Positions 44,790 through 54,700 of a stretch of DNA of 64,000 nucleotides are shown here, piece by piece. A program made the translations under genes and the position numbers. The first letter of the stretch is position 1. Each line of letters begins with the position of its first letter. The notes beneath the pieces were generated by a model. The model made no database searches, had not been told where the DNA came from, and was given only the letters and a program-made list of their open reading frames with translations. Origin of the DNA: a virus (lineage: Duplodnaviria > Heunggongvirae > Uroviricota > Caudoviricetes); the IMG/VR virus record IMGVR_UViG_3300031998_000029, positions 15,666-79,665 of that record, one strand, 5' to 3'.

Positions 44790-45227
44790 TTGAAGATTAA
44801 ACTTAAAAAGTTAAGAGAAGATGCCGTCATGCCTATTCGCGGATCTAAGCATGCCGCCGGAGCAGACTTATACGCATGTCCCGAAGAGCAGATTATTATA
44901 ATACCCCCTAATGAAACAGTCAAAATACCAACAGGAATCGCAATAGAAACGCCGAGAGGTTATTTCGGGGCTATAGTTGCGAGAAGCGGTCTTGCGACTA
45001 ACTTTGGATTACGCCCCGCAAATTGTATAGGCGTGTTGGATGAAGATTACCGTGGGGAAGTGATAGTTGCTCTGCATAACGACTCCAAGGCAGACCGGGA
45101 AATACGCAAGGGTGATAGAATCGCACAGCTTGTTATGATGCCGTATCTGCCCATAGAATTTGTGGAGGCGGATGAGCTTAGCGAAACAGTCAGGGGCGAG
45201 GGGGGATTTGGTTCGACGGGAAAGTAA
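44790..45227 (+). CDS. dut: dUTP diphosphatase
   Basis: AGADL, RSGLA, GVLDEDYRGE, RIAQLV, GGFGSTG dUTPase motifs. Confidence 0.95.
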   Translation: MKIKLKKLREDAVMPIRGSKHAAGADLYACPEEQIIIIPPNETVKIPTGIAIETPRGYFGAIVARSGLATNFGLRPANCIGVLDEDYRGEVIVALHNDSKADREIRKGDRIAQLVMMPYLPIEFVEADELSETVRGEGGFGSTGK

Positions 45228-45277
45228 AGTATATAACCGAGAATAGTGGATATAATTGTAGCGAAGGTGATAATGAT

Positions 45278-45415
45278 ATGATCGTTAGCTGTTCAATAAA
45301 CGGCGTGCAAATGAGTATTGAAGAAATAAAGAAGATCAAAATCCACTCGGAAGTTATAGATCGCGCGGTTGAGTCAGTAAATAAAAAACTGAGAAAGCCC
45401 GCAATTCCTTGTTGA
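45278..45415 (+). CDS. possible small ORF (45 aa)
   Basis: ATG after gaaggtga. Confidence 0.2.
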   Translation: MIVSCSINGVQMSIEEIKKIKIHSEVIDRAVESVNKKLRKPAIPC

Positions 45416-45440
45416 GCCATTTCTAACATGGTATAATATA

Positions 45441-45473
45441 GGCAGGGCTTAACAGCTCTGCCTTATTTTTTTA
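45441..45473 (+). terminator. Rho-independent terminator (preceded by TGgTATAAT extended -10-like box at 45426-45434)
   Basis: ggcag-ggcttaacagct-ctgcc + ttattttttta. Confidence 0.6.
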
Positions 45474-45491
45474 TACAAAAGAAGGTGTGAT

Positions 45492-46913
45492 GTGGCAAAA
45501 TCAAAAATGAGAAAACCAAAAGAGACCAAAGCTACGGAGAGGGTTGTGATAGCTAAATACATCAGAGTGTCAACAGACAAACAAAGAGAAGAGGGTTACT
45601 CTGTTGATATTCAAAAAGAAAGACTGGACAGTTATGCAAGATCTCTCTTTCCGGAATCAACATACGATGTCGAATACAGGGAATATGTTGATGACGGGTT
45701 TAGCGGCGGTTCCCTTGAAAGACCACAAATGACGCAACTCATTGAAGATGTTAAAAACGGAGTAATAACCCATGTCATTGTAATGAAACTCGACAGGTTA
45801 AGCAGATCGCAGAAAGACACGCTTTATTTGATTGAGGATATATTCCTCCCAAATAACGTGGCATTTATTTCGATGGGGGAGAGCTTTAACACAGACACTC
45901 CTTTCGGAAGAGCCGTTGTAGGAATACTATCTGTGTTCGCTCAGCTCGAACGAGAGAACATTTTTGAGCGAACACGCAGCGGAATGCAGAAGAGAGTAGA
46001 GCTCGGCTACTGGCCGGGAGGAGGCGCCATTCCCTTCGGTTACGATTACGACGCCAATCAGGGCATACTCATTCCCAACGGAAACGCCGACACAGTACGC
46101 ACTGTGTTCGAACTGTATACAAGAGGTTATTCGGCTCAGTATATAGCCAATCTTCTAGGACTTAAGTACGATAAGCTCGTAAACAATATACTGACTAGGA
46201 AAACATATACCGGTGCAATTGTCTATAATAGCATAGAGTATAAAGGAAAACATCAGCCGATTATCTCAGAAGAGTTGTATGAGAAAGTACAGGCGATGAT
46301 TCAGGACAGATCATCAAAAAGGTTTGTTTCAGCAACGACCAACCTGCTTACCGGCATGGTATACTGCGGCAGATGCGGAGCAAAGATGCGATATATCAAA
46401 TGGGGCAAGCACGGAAGGTCGAGATTGATGTGCTACTCACAGGAAAAGTCCAAACCATATCTTGTCAAAGACCCTGACTGCGAAAATGAAAAGCCTTGGG
46501 CGGACGATGTAGAAGACACCGTAATTAAACTACTTTTCGAACGAGCGCATGTCAACGAATGTAATAATACGAATGAAGAACAGGCCGACCCGGTTAAGAT
46601 GCTTCAGTCCCAAAGAGTTTCCCTTGTCAACAAACTAAAAAGACTATATATTATCTACGCAGAAGGCGACGATGCTATTACACAAGTCATAAACGAGACA
46701 AAGGAAGAAGTAGCGAAAATAGAAAAGAGAATCGAAGGAGAGATTGCTAAGAGAGCGACCACTATTATCGAGCAAGACATTCAAGAGAAACTGTCCTCTC
46801 TCGAAGAATCGTGGCAATATTTAGATGTATCAGAAAAACAAAATATAGTCCGATCTCTTATAAACAAAGTCACGATAACCGGACATCGTATTCACATTGA
46901 TTTCAAAATTTAA
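45492..46913 (+). CDS. large serine recombinase (phage integrase)
   Basis: N-terminal resolvase domain YIRVSTDKQ (catalytic Ser), DDGFSGG, KLDRLSRS; large C-terminal Cys-containing domain; 473 aa. Confidence 0.9.
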   Translation: MAKSKMRKPKETKATERVVIAKYIRVSTDKQREEGYSVDIQKERLDSYARSLFPESTYDVEYREYVDDGFSGGSLERPQMTQLIEDVKNGVITHVIVMKLDRLSRSQKDTLYLIEDIFLPNNVAFISMGESFNTDTPFGRAVVGILSVFAQLERENIFERTRSGMQKRVELGYWPGGGAIPFGYDYDANQGILIPNGNADTVRTVFELYTRGYSAQYIANLLGLKYDKLVNNILTRKTYTGAIVYNSIEYKGKHQPIISEELYEKVQAMIQDRSSKRFVSATTNLLTGMVYCGRCGAKMRYIKWGKHGRSRLMCYSQEKSKPYLVKDPDCENEKPWADDVEDTVIKLLFERAHVNECNNTNEEQADPVKMLQSQRVSLVNKLKRLYIIYAEGDDAITQVINETKEEVAKIEKRIEGEIAKRATTIIEQDIQEKLSSLEESWQYLDVSEKQNIVRSLINKVTITGHRIHIDFKI

Positions 46914-46983
46914 AATGTACTCGACATCAGATAGTCATTCCGATGACTGTCACATGTCGAGAAAGGCAAATGAGGTACAGATC

Positions 46984-47637
46984 ATGACAAGAAAAGCTGC
47001 TCTGTTAGAAGCCATAGAAATTATCAAAACAATAGAAATTAATCCAGAACATAAAGAGATCCTACTCAAAAAGTTACAATCATGCGCCGACGATCTGCCC
47101 TATAATAAATGGACGAAGGAAAGCATATTTGACGCATTCGATCAGTTTATCGAAGAACATCACCGCAATATCTCAGTCCGCGATATGGACTCTTACGGAC
47201 TGCCGCCCCGATGTGCGATAATGAGGGAGTTCGGAATGACGGGCGCAGAATTCAGAGATACTTACTATCCGCTTGAACCTATATCAAGGATTTATTACGA
47301 CCCAGATCTCATTGCAAAGTTTAAAGAAGAATACATCCGATGTGGAGCAAACACAAAACAAGAATTTGATATACTTCGTAACAGGTCAATACCAAACAGC
47401 GCGACGATATTAAGACGCACAGGAATCAAATCTTGGAGGCTTCTGCTATACATCGCTAACATAAAGAAACCTGTTCCGCCGAAAGAACATACACAGTTTG
47501 AGATAACATATCACTCAGACCAACTTGATAAAATGCAAGCAATCAACAGATTTAATCTATTGCCCGATGAAGAACGAACAATAGAGAATTTACAAAAGAT
47601 GCTCGAACGGCGTATTGAGCATATATACACAGCGTAA
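46984..47637 (+). CDS. hypothetical protein downstream of integrase (possible directionality factor)
   Basis: ATG 46984 after gaggtacag; listed ORF 46897..47637. Confidence 0.45.
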   Translation: MTRKAALLEAIEIIKTIEINPEHKEILLKKLQSCADDLPYNKWTKESIFDAFDQFIEEHHRNISVRDMDSYGLPPRCAIMREFGMTGAEFRDTYYPLEPISRIYYDPDLIAKFKEEYIRCGANTKQEFDILRNRSIPNSATILRRTGIKSWRLLLYIANIKKPVPPKEHTQFEITYHSDQLDKMQAINRFNLLPDEERTIENLQKMLERRIEHIYTA

Positions 47638-47643
47638 AAAAAA

Positions 47644-47670
47644 GGCTCACGACATCAAAATCGTGAGCCT
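47644..47670. terminator. bidirectional Rho-independent terminator between convergent operons
   Basis: aaaaaaa-ggctcacga-catcaaaa-tcgtgagcc-tatattttt. Confidence 0.7.
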
Positions 47671-47707
47671 ATATTTTTACCTTGTGTCTATATTCTCAAA
47701 TGAACAC

Positions 47708-48097
47708 TTAGTGCAACAGTCCGATAAGAGCAGCAATGACTGCGGTAACAACAGTTGTGCACGCCGCTGTGATAACAGCTATTCTTACTGAGTTATAATT
47801 ATGTACAGCTTGTTTACTGGGAGCGTTTTCAACTTCTGAAATCTTCTCAGTAAGTTTACGGTCTGTTTCTTGGAGTGCTCGTCCCTGTTCCTCCACCTTT
47901 TCTTTGGTGTCTTTGACCGTCTCTTCAATGGTTCCAAGACGCTGGGCTATTACCTCAACGGATGTTGCTATTTTGTATATTGCCTTTTGGTCGGTTTTAA
48001 TATCCCGGATCTCGGCTTCCGCATTGTCGAGCCGGTGTGAATTGCTTTTGGCGCGTTGATCTGTTTCAATAAGCATGATTCTTTCTTGATCAGTCAT
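47708..48097 (-). CDS. XhlA-like lysis-associated membrane protein
   Basis: Coiled-coil N-terminus and single C-terminal TM AVITAACTTVVTAVIAALIGLL; last gene of lysis cassette. Confidence 0.5.
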   Translation of the reverse strand: MTDQERIMLIETDQRAKSNSHRLDNAEAEIRDIKTDQKAIYKIATSVEVIAQRLGTIEETVKDTKEKVEEQGRALQETDRKLTEKISEVENAPSKQAVHNYNSVRIAVITAACTTVVTAVIAALIGLLH

Positions 48098-48100
48098 CGA

Positions 48101-48463
48101 TTACTCCTCCGTCACATGACAATCTGCGACGACGGCGGCAATAGCACCATTTGTTTGGATGAGTTCCTTCATCTGTGCTAAAGCGTCATCGACATATTCG
48201 CTGAACTGTGCAAACGAAATAACTCTAACAAGCCAAGGAAATCTTTCGCAGAACTTATCGTACACGGCGGAGAGCTTGAGTTTGCCGGTGCCCGACCCAA
48301 ATTCTTTTTCAGCCAAAAGAACGGCCTGAAGCAGCCAGCCTAAAATCATGTTGTAACGCTCCTCGGAGTTTAATCTTATAAACTTAATTAAAGAAATGGC
48401 TCCGCCGCAAACAAAAATGATTATGCAGGTTATCCAATACCAATTGTTTAATATAAAATCCAT
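48101..48463 (-). CDS. putative holin
   Basis: N-terminal TM NWYWITCIIIFVCGGAISLIKF; position in lysis cassette. Confidence 0.5.
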   Translation of the reverse strand: MDFILNNWYWITCIIIFVCGGAISLIKFIRLNSEERYNMILGWLLQAVLLAEKEFGSGTGKLKLSAVYDKFCERFPWLVRVISFAQFSEYVDDALAQMKELIQTNGAIAAVVADCHVTEE

Positions 48464-48476
48464 TCCTACACCTCTC

Positions 48477-48797
48477 TTATATTGGGGGACTGACCACGTC
48501 CGTATCCAACTCTTTGAAATTATTTGCTTTAGCGGTCTCGAAAGTGATTCCGCCTTCTGAATGGTCAGACTGTGCGAGCTTTAAATAAAACGAACAGACG
48601 GTTCCGTGCGCTGCCCATGGCAAACCAACCATAGAGCTGATCCATGGCAATGAACCCATATACCCTTTATAGATGCAGTAAAAAGCCAGAAGAAATCCGC
48701 CTGTCGTTACGATCCAAAGAAGCGACCGTATGTCCGATACTAGCTTTTTGGAGTAATCTATTTTCTTTTTCTTCTTTTTGCTCTTGCCGTTTGCCAT
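48477..48797 (-). CDS. putative holin / membrane protein
   Basis: Lys-rich N-terminus, two hydrophobic segments; directly downstream of endolysin. Confidence 0.45.
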   Translation of the reverse strand: MANGKSKKKKKKIDYSKKLVSDIRSLLWIVTTGGFLLAFYCIYKGYMGSLPWISSMVGLPWAAHGTVCSFYLKLAQSDHSEGGITFETAKANNFKELDTDVVSPPI

Positions 48798-48798
48798 A

Positions 48799-49731
48799 TT
48801 ATTTGTCTTCCGTCAGTCCTTTGCTGATTTCACGAAGAGACAAAATAAGCTTGTCTATAACCTCTTTGACGCTCTGGGGAGAGTCGGAGCCGTCGGGTTT
48901 TATATTCTTTTCCATCCAGGCGGCAAGTCTGTACATGAGAGTGATAAACTGCTCGCGTGTAATAAAGGACGGCCACATATAATTCGGCTCACCGTTAATA
49001 CTCTCTCCATTGCCGTAAATCAGACTATTCTTAATAGCCCAATTCCGCGCTTCCGCACTATAAGGGCTTGCGTCGTTGTTTTGTAAAGATTTAAGATAAG
49101 TTGTAAACATCTCGGCAAACTTTTCGTTTGTCATATCTTCATCCTCTCCTTCTTCCGTGCCGGTGGTATCCGTATAGTCTACCCAGGGGATAAGCCCCCA
49201 CTTAGTCCATTGCCTTGCGTTATACCCGGGCTTTTCTCCGATATTCTTGACGGCGGTTATCTGCACCCCGTCCTTCCAGATCGGCGTGCATTCTACGCCC
49301 AGTCCGTTTCCGATATATACACCGATGTGTCCGCTGCACCAGAGCGCGGCACCTATCGGGATATCTGCTTTGAAATTCGTAGTCACGCCCTTGCAAAGCT
49401 GTATCATGCCATCCGCAGATACGTCGGGAACTTTGTTAGAAGCGTATTTTGCGCCGCCATATGTGGCGGAACGGTCGCCATTCCACCCCCAGAGTATGGC
49501 TTTAATAAGATTAACGCAATCAAAACCCCAATAGTTTTTGTTTACAAGAGTATTGAACTTATCTTTTTTAGCCTGAGTGTACCAATTAGGATACTGTGCA
49601 GCCTTGCTTGCAATAATTGAGGGGGTGACCGGCGAACCAACACACCCCCACATATACACCGTATTATAATTCTTTGCTATATCGAGACACTTTGCCACCA
49701 ATTCTTTGGCGTTCATTTTAATTCCTCCCAA
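48799..49731 (-). CDS. endolysin (Cys-peptidase/amidase-like catalytic domain + C-terminal wall-binding region)
   Basis: VYMWGCVG...GFDCVNLIKAILWG resembles the NlpC/P60 / amidase_5 catalytic Cys region; acidic linker; adjacent to holins. Confidence 0.6.
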   Translation of the reverse strand: MGGIKMNAKELVAKCLDIAKNYNTVYMWGCVGSPVTPSIIASKAAQYPNWYTQAKKDKFNTLVNKNYWGFDCVNLIKAILWGWNGDRSATYGGAKYASNKVPDVSADGMIQLCKGVTTNFKADIPIGAALWCSGHIGVYIGNGLGVECTPIWKDGVQITAVKNIGEKPGYNARQWTKWGLIPWVDYTDTTGTEEGEDEDMTNEKFAEMFTTYLKSLQNNDASPYSAEARNWAIKNSLIYGNGESINGEPNYMWPSFITREQFITLMYRLAAWMEKNIKPDGSDSPQSVKEVIDKLILSLREISKGLTEDK

Positions 49732-49753
49732 ACAAAAGTTGGTTTAGCCTGTT

Positions 49754-50617
49754 TTAAGTTGCATCAGGAGTGACAGAATAAACATTTTTCTCTGCGGTAA
49801 ATGTACCCATACCAGGTATAGCTTCCACATATTGTAAACATATCGTTGTAAAATGTAACTTACTATCGCTATAATTTATGCCACCGCTAAAATACGCATA
49901 AGAAGTCGAGCCAATAGACGACGACGCATCGATTACTTTGTCGAGCATATAATACTCCGGATTTTCAGACCCCGACGGAATATATTTAAGAACGACCGCC
50001 TTTCCGTTTCTGGCTGCGGAGTTTATATCACCTATTGTGGGCGTCCCTGTTGCCGTCTCTGTCATTGATGTACTCCCTGCGGTTCCGCTTGTTTGTGTAA
50101 AGGTGACAGTACAAACAGTGTTTGTAGCGGCCGTGATTTGCTCTGCGGTCACGGTATGATCAGAACGGACGCTAATAGCGATAAACGACATGTCTCCGGT
50201 AGTTCTCGGATATCCTGACGGGTCAGACAGTACGGCGCGATATGTACTCAGATAAGTCATCATATCCATAACGTCTCTGGGTTCCGCAATGGCGCTAGAC
50301 GACACCATTAGATTTGTGTATCTGAAGATTACAACACTGCCGGAGTTATAAGCTTCGTCTATCTCTTCATATGTCTTGTCCGCGCTATAGCTGGTGGTAC
50401 CCGATTGTGATATAGTTACAAGAAAAGTACCGGAACTATCGACGGACTCCTCTTCTGATCCGTCCTCGGACATTGCATCGAGCCTATCTGCGATTTTCAG
50501 CATAAGCTCCTCTTCGGTATTTGCGGCTACCGGAGGAGTCATAGTTTCAAGACTGACGTCTTCTCCGGCAATTTTTGCAAGTAATATTTTCTGACGAGTA
50601 TTAAGATTATTGTTCAT
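49754..50617 (-). CDS. tail-associated protein, paralog of 50740-51639
   Basis: N-terminal ~47 aa nearly identical to neighbour (KILLAKIAGEDVSLETMTPPVA...), divergent Ser/Thr-rich C-terminus. Confidence 0.5.
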   Translation of the reverse strand: MNNNLNTRQKILLAKIAGEDVSLETMTPPVAANTEEELMLKIADRLDAMSEDGSEEESVDSSGTFLVTISQSGTTSYSADKTYEEIDEAYNSGSVVIFRYTNLMVSSSAIAEPRDVMDMMTYLSTYRAVLSDPSGYPRTTGDMSFIAISVRSDHTVTAEQITAATNTVCTVTFTQTSGTAGSTSMTETATGTPTIGDINSAARNGKAVVLKYIPSGSENPEYYMLDKVIDASSSIGSTSYAYFSGGINYSDSKLHFTTICLQYVEAIPGMGTFTAEKNVYSVTPDAT

Positions 50618-50739
50618 TTAACGCCTCCTAAAAAATAATTCCCCATACATAAGAAATGTGCAGGGCTGGTATATTCGGATATTGGTTTGCCTTCCTTGTA
50701 ATAGAAGCTGTGACCAGAGAACCGACATATTCGTGTTTA

Positions 50740-51639
50740 TTACGACACCGTACATACCAGGTAGCCCGTTTCGGCGTCGGTATGGAATTCAAACTCGGAG
50801 TCTCCTGACATTGACGTAAATTTTGCATAATTGTTCTCCGGATGATCATAGTCGTAGTTGTAGATTTCTGTGCATCGATAAATGTCAACCGAATATACAT
50901 TAGTGCTATGGTTGTAAATGCGAAGTATGAACAACACCATATTATTAGAATTGAGCATGGTGTCTACAACATCAGTTAAAGTTTTATCAAGAGTAATTTT
51001 ATTTAATGTAAAATCTGGATATCCGCTAGTGTCAACATCCGTATTACAAAAAGAAAAATGAGGCTTTTGAAAAGGCAGCGCATCCGAAAGTTCTCTTATA
51101 TATAATGAGCTAAACTCTGATTCGGGATGAATAAGTTGAAAAGAAAATGTATAAGTATTTCCAGGGACGAAGGTTGCATCCATAAAATAATCAAAATGAG
51201 CGTAATCCGGCTCCCCGTCCTCCCCTTGGACAAACAGCAAGGTGCCACAGCGCAAACCAACATAACCTACATTGTCAGAAATATGAACGGTTGCACTGTC
51301 ACTGGCATCATTTACTTTATAAGTAACAATGTCGCCATCCTCTGGGTATGGAACCTCAAAATGATAATCCGCAACAGGCACATCGCCAATTTCATATCGA
51401 TAAGATACTGTCGTTGAAGCCTTAATAACCACTTCCTCCGATGCATATGTGCCTTCTTGGTATTTATATCCTGTTTGTTCAATACCAGCGGGTATATTAT
51501 CAAGTCTCTCGGCAATCTCAAGCATAAGCTTTTCCTCGGGGCTTGTAGCGACTGGTGGTGTCATGGTTTCAAGACTCACATCCTTGCCCGCTAACTTAGC
51601 GAGTAAGACCTGCCAACGGGTTTTAATGCTTTCTGTCAT
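50740..51639 (-). CDS. tail-associated protein, paralog of 49754-50617
   Basis: Shared N-terminus (WQVLLAKLAGKDVSLETMTPPVA...), unrelated C-terminal domain. Confidence 0.5.
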   Translation of the reverse strand: MTESIKTRWQVLLAKLAGKDVSLETMTPPVATSPEEKLMLEIAERLDNIPAGIEQTGYKYQEGTYASEEVVIKASTTVSYRYEIGDVPVADYHFEVPYPEDGDIVTYKVNDASDSATVHISDNVGYVGLRCGTLLFVQGEDGEPDYAHFDYFMDATFVPGNTYTFSFQLIHPESEFSSLYIRELSDALPFQKPHFSFCNTDVDTSGYPDFTLNKITLDKTLTDVVDTMLNSNNMVLFILRIYNHSTNVYSVDIYRCTEIYNYDYDHPENNYAKFTSMSGDSEFEFHTDAETGYLVCTVS

Positions 51640-51712
51640 ATAAATACCTCCTAAAATAATAATGCCCGCGCATAAGAATGCGCGGGTTATGGCAATTTCT
51701 TAAACTCTATTA

Positions 51713-54700
51713 TTACAACGCTGAGCCCGGGTTCAGCATGAATCCGGAGATAAGGCGCCCGATGTGTTCAAACCCGTTATAATACGGGAAGGGATTTATG
51801 CCGTCATATGGCTCAAAATACTGATGTCGATTATATTGATTAAATCCGCAGGCACGATATAAGTCAAAGCAGGGTATCTGATAATCCTCTGTCGCCATTT
51901 CACGTAAGGCGTCGCAGTATTCTTTCAAAGTTTTATTCTCTGAATTCTGCTGAGTATTCGAATCGGTATATGAAACAACTCCAGACGGATTGTTTTCAGT
52001 ATATTCATCCCACCATCTCCATAAGGGCGTTACAAATATTATTTTGATATGTGGATATGCGCCGAGTATATATAAGATTACAGAACGAGTTGCGCTTAAC
52101 ATAGAAGACGTGACGCTTGTGGGGCCGCTAGGATTGTCAATGGGAATATTCCCGAGCCAGTCATTACCGCCATAATTGATAACAATGTAATCAACGGTAT
52201 TCCAGTCCAACGCCTTAAGCATTGACAACTTGTATTGAACATAATTGGTTTCCGTGCCCCACCACTTAATATCGTTATAGTCGGAAGATGATACGCCAGA
52301 CTCAATCCTAGTCCAATTGCCGTCATATATAGATGCGGCCAGGGAAGCCATTGAAAGCCAGCGGTGTACGCCGGTATAGCTCATGTTGGTGTTGCCGAAT
52401 CCCGCGTTTATCACATTCAGTCCGGTGAACTTCGCAATATACGACGGATAGTCGTACGGAGTGTAATAGTCTCCAAGAACAGAATCTCCGAAGAAAACTG
52501 CTGTCTTCCCCGACAATATTCCTTTAGCGCCGACCAGCTCATCGTTACCAAACAGAGATTCATGATCCATCTCGCCGGAAACAGTGATAATTCCGGAGCC
52601 TTTCGCAACATTAACACCCGAGATAATTCCGATGGCCGCCTTGGTGCCCCAACTGACGCGCTCTTGAGCAAGTTCATACTCCACTGTTACCGGTGAGTCG
52701 TTGGTGTTCTCGTACTGAAGGAAATCCTGGAAGTCTGCCAGCTTTTCTGCGTTCGTTGTTCCGGAAGCATTGTAACAGAAAATATATTGTTGCCCGGTCG
52801 CAGATAATCCACACGTATTATAACTGGCATGATCATATCCGTTCCTTGCCGCTATAAAGTGACTGCATCTACTTAAGCCGGACGCAACGCCATACCCGTA
52901 GGTATAATCAGATGGTATTGTATATTTGAATATCGTAAGCCCTTGGCTGTTTGTATCTACAGCGAAATTGCTCATTTCATCATTTGAGCCGCTGAAAACG
53001 ATCTTGCCAAACGTTTCCGCCAACCTGCCGGTGCTCCAATTATATAAACCCTCGGACACATCAGGCAGTGTTTTAGAAAAACTGTCGGTGTTGACGGATA
53101 AGTTGACTGTGGTAACGGGTACAAAGGGTCTTACGTTTCGGTTGTTTGTTGCAGGCGATACTGCTATTGGGTCTGGGTTCGGAAGCCCCACACCGGTCTG
53201 CCTGCTTTTGATTTTTGTTGTAATTATCGGTATTGATTTCGGAGTATATTTAACGGTCGTGCCCGTTATTTGATATTCATATTCTTTGGGTATCAATCCA
53301 CCGTCTTCTCCGACCCGCAGAGGCTTTCCAGCGTTGACCTCGCCCTGATTTTTATCAACTTTATCAAACAGTGTTTTTATTACGCTTTCGTCGTTTGTCC
53401 ACTGAAACCCGTAATACTCCGATGTCGATACAACGTGAGGTAAAACATATCTCGGATTTACGGTTACATACGGTCGTATATTTTGATTAAATGCCGCTCT
53501 GGTAGCTTCGCTTGAAACATAATACCAACTCGTGCTTTGCCCATCCGTATCATACCTTAGTGTAATTCTGTCTGCGTCAATATTGCATCCGCTTCCGACA
53601 TATATTATATTATATCCGCCTGTCTGGGTCGTGCCCAACTGATCCATTCTGATATATTTCCCAGATGGCAGGTTGCAGTTAGATATGTGAAGTTTCGCAT
53701 CTAATATAGTTCGGAAAGATATATATTGAAGATCTGAGCTGGAATCAAAGGTACAGTGATCTAAGAAGATGTTTGGATGGGTATTAGAATCATCTCCGAT
53801 ATAAAAAGCAGAATTATTCCAGTTTGCATCGTTCGCCGGCGTTAAATCCCCAATATATGATCCCGATCTGACCGTGGCGTTTTGAACCATCGCCGTATTT
53901 CCTGCGCCGCCAAAATAAAAACCGCCATGACCCCTTGCCTGGTATATGCCGCCGTCAACATACAGATTTCCATTATTGTTGACAGCGCTATGCAGTCCGT
54001 TAACATTTATCCCTTTTAGATACGTAACAGAACCGTCGCCGGTATTAATTCCTATTATGTACTGGTTTCTACTATCGCCGGAGTTTGGATATCGAGCGTC
54101 TACAGAAATGGTCGTTTGTGAGTCGGTGCTCTCAACCGTCAATCTTCCCTGATAGTTGAATATTCCATATGTTCTTGAATTTCCGTATATGTAGGTTTCT
54201 GTTTCCGAATCCCATCGGCCTGTGTACTTCGCGCTGATATTGCATCCTCGTATTACGGCAGCTCCACGGCTCATTAGATATGCGCCAACTACATAATATG
54301 TATTGCTGTCGTTTTCATCATAATAGCTTGAAACTATAGAAATATCACAATTCTCCACCAGTATATTTCCGCTTTGCACCAAAAACGTCATGGCCTGTCT
54401 GCAGTTGGCAGTTATAGAATATGTCCCGCCATAGACGCGCAATTCAGACGAATCGGATGGCGACTGAGCATTGGTTCCCCAGCGAAACAATTCCGCCGCA
54501 CCATTAGCCGAGGTTATATTACTCATAACGACTGCGCTATTTGTGGTACTGCCATCAATCGTAACGTTCGCAACTGATGATGTCTCGCGCCTTATAAGTC
54601 CGGCAGGAGATGTAACAGTGATCGTATATCCGGCAAGGTCTATAACAATATCTACGGCGGGGGAGCAGGTGCGCGTCTCGGTATAACTAGAGAGAAGGGT

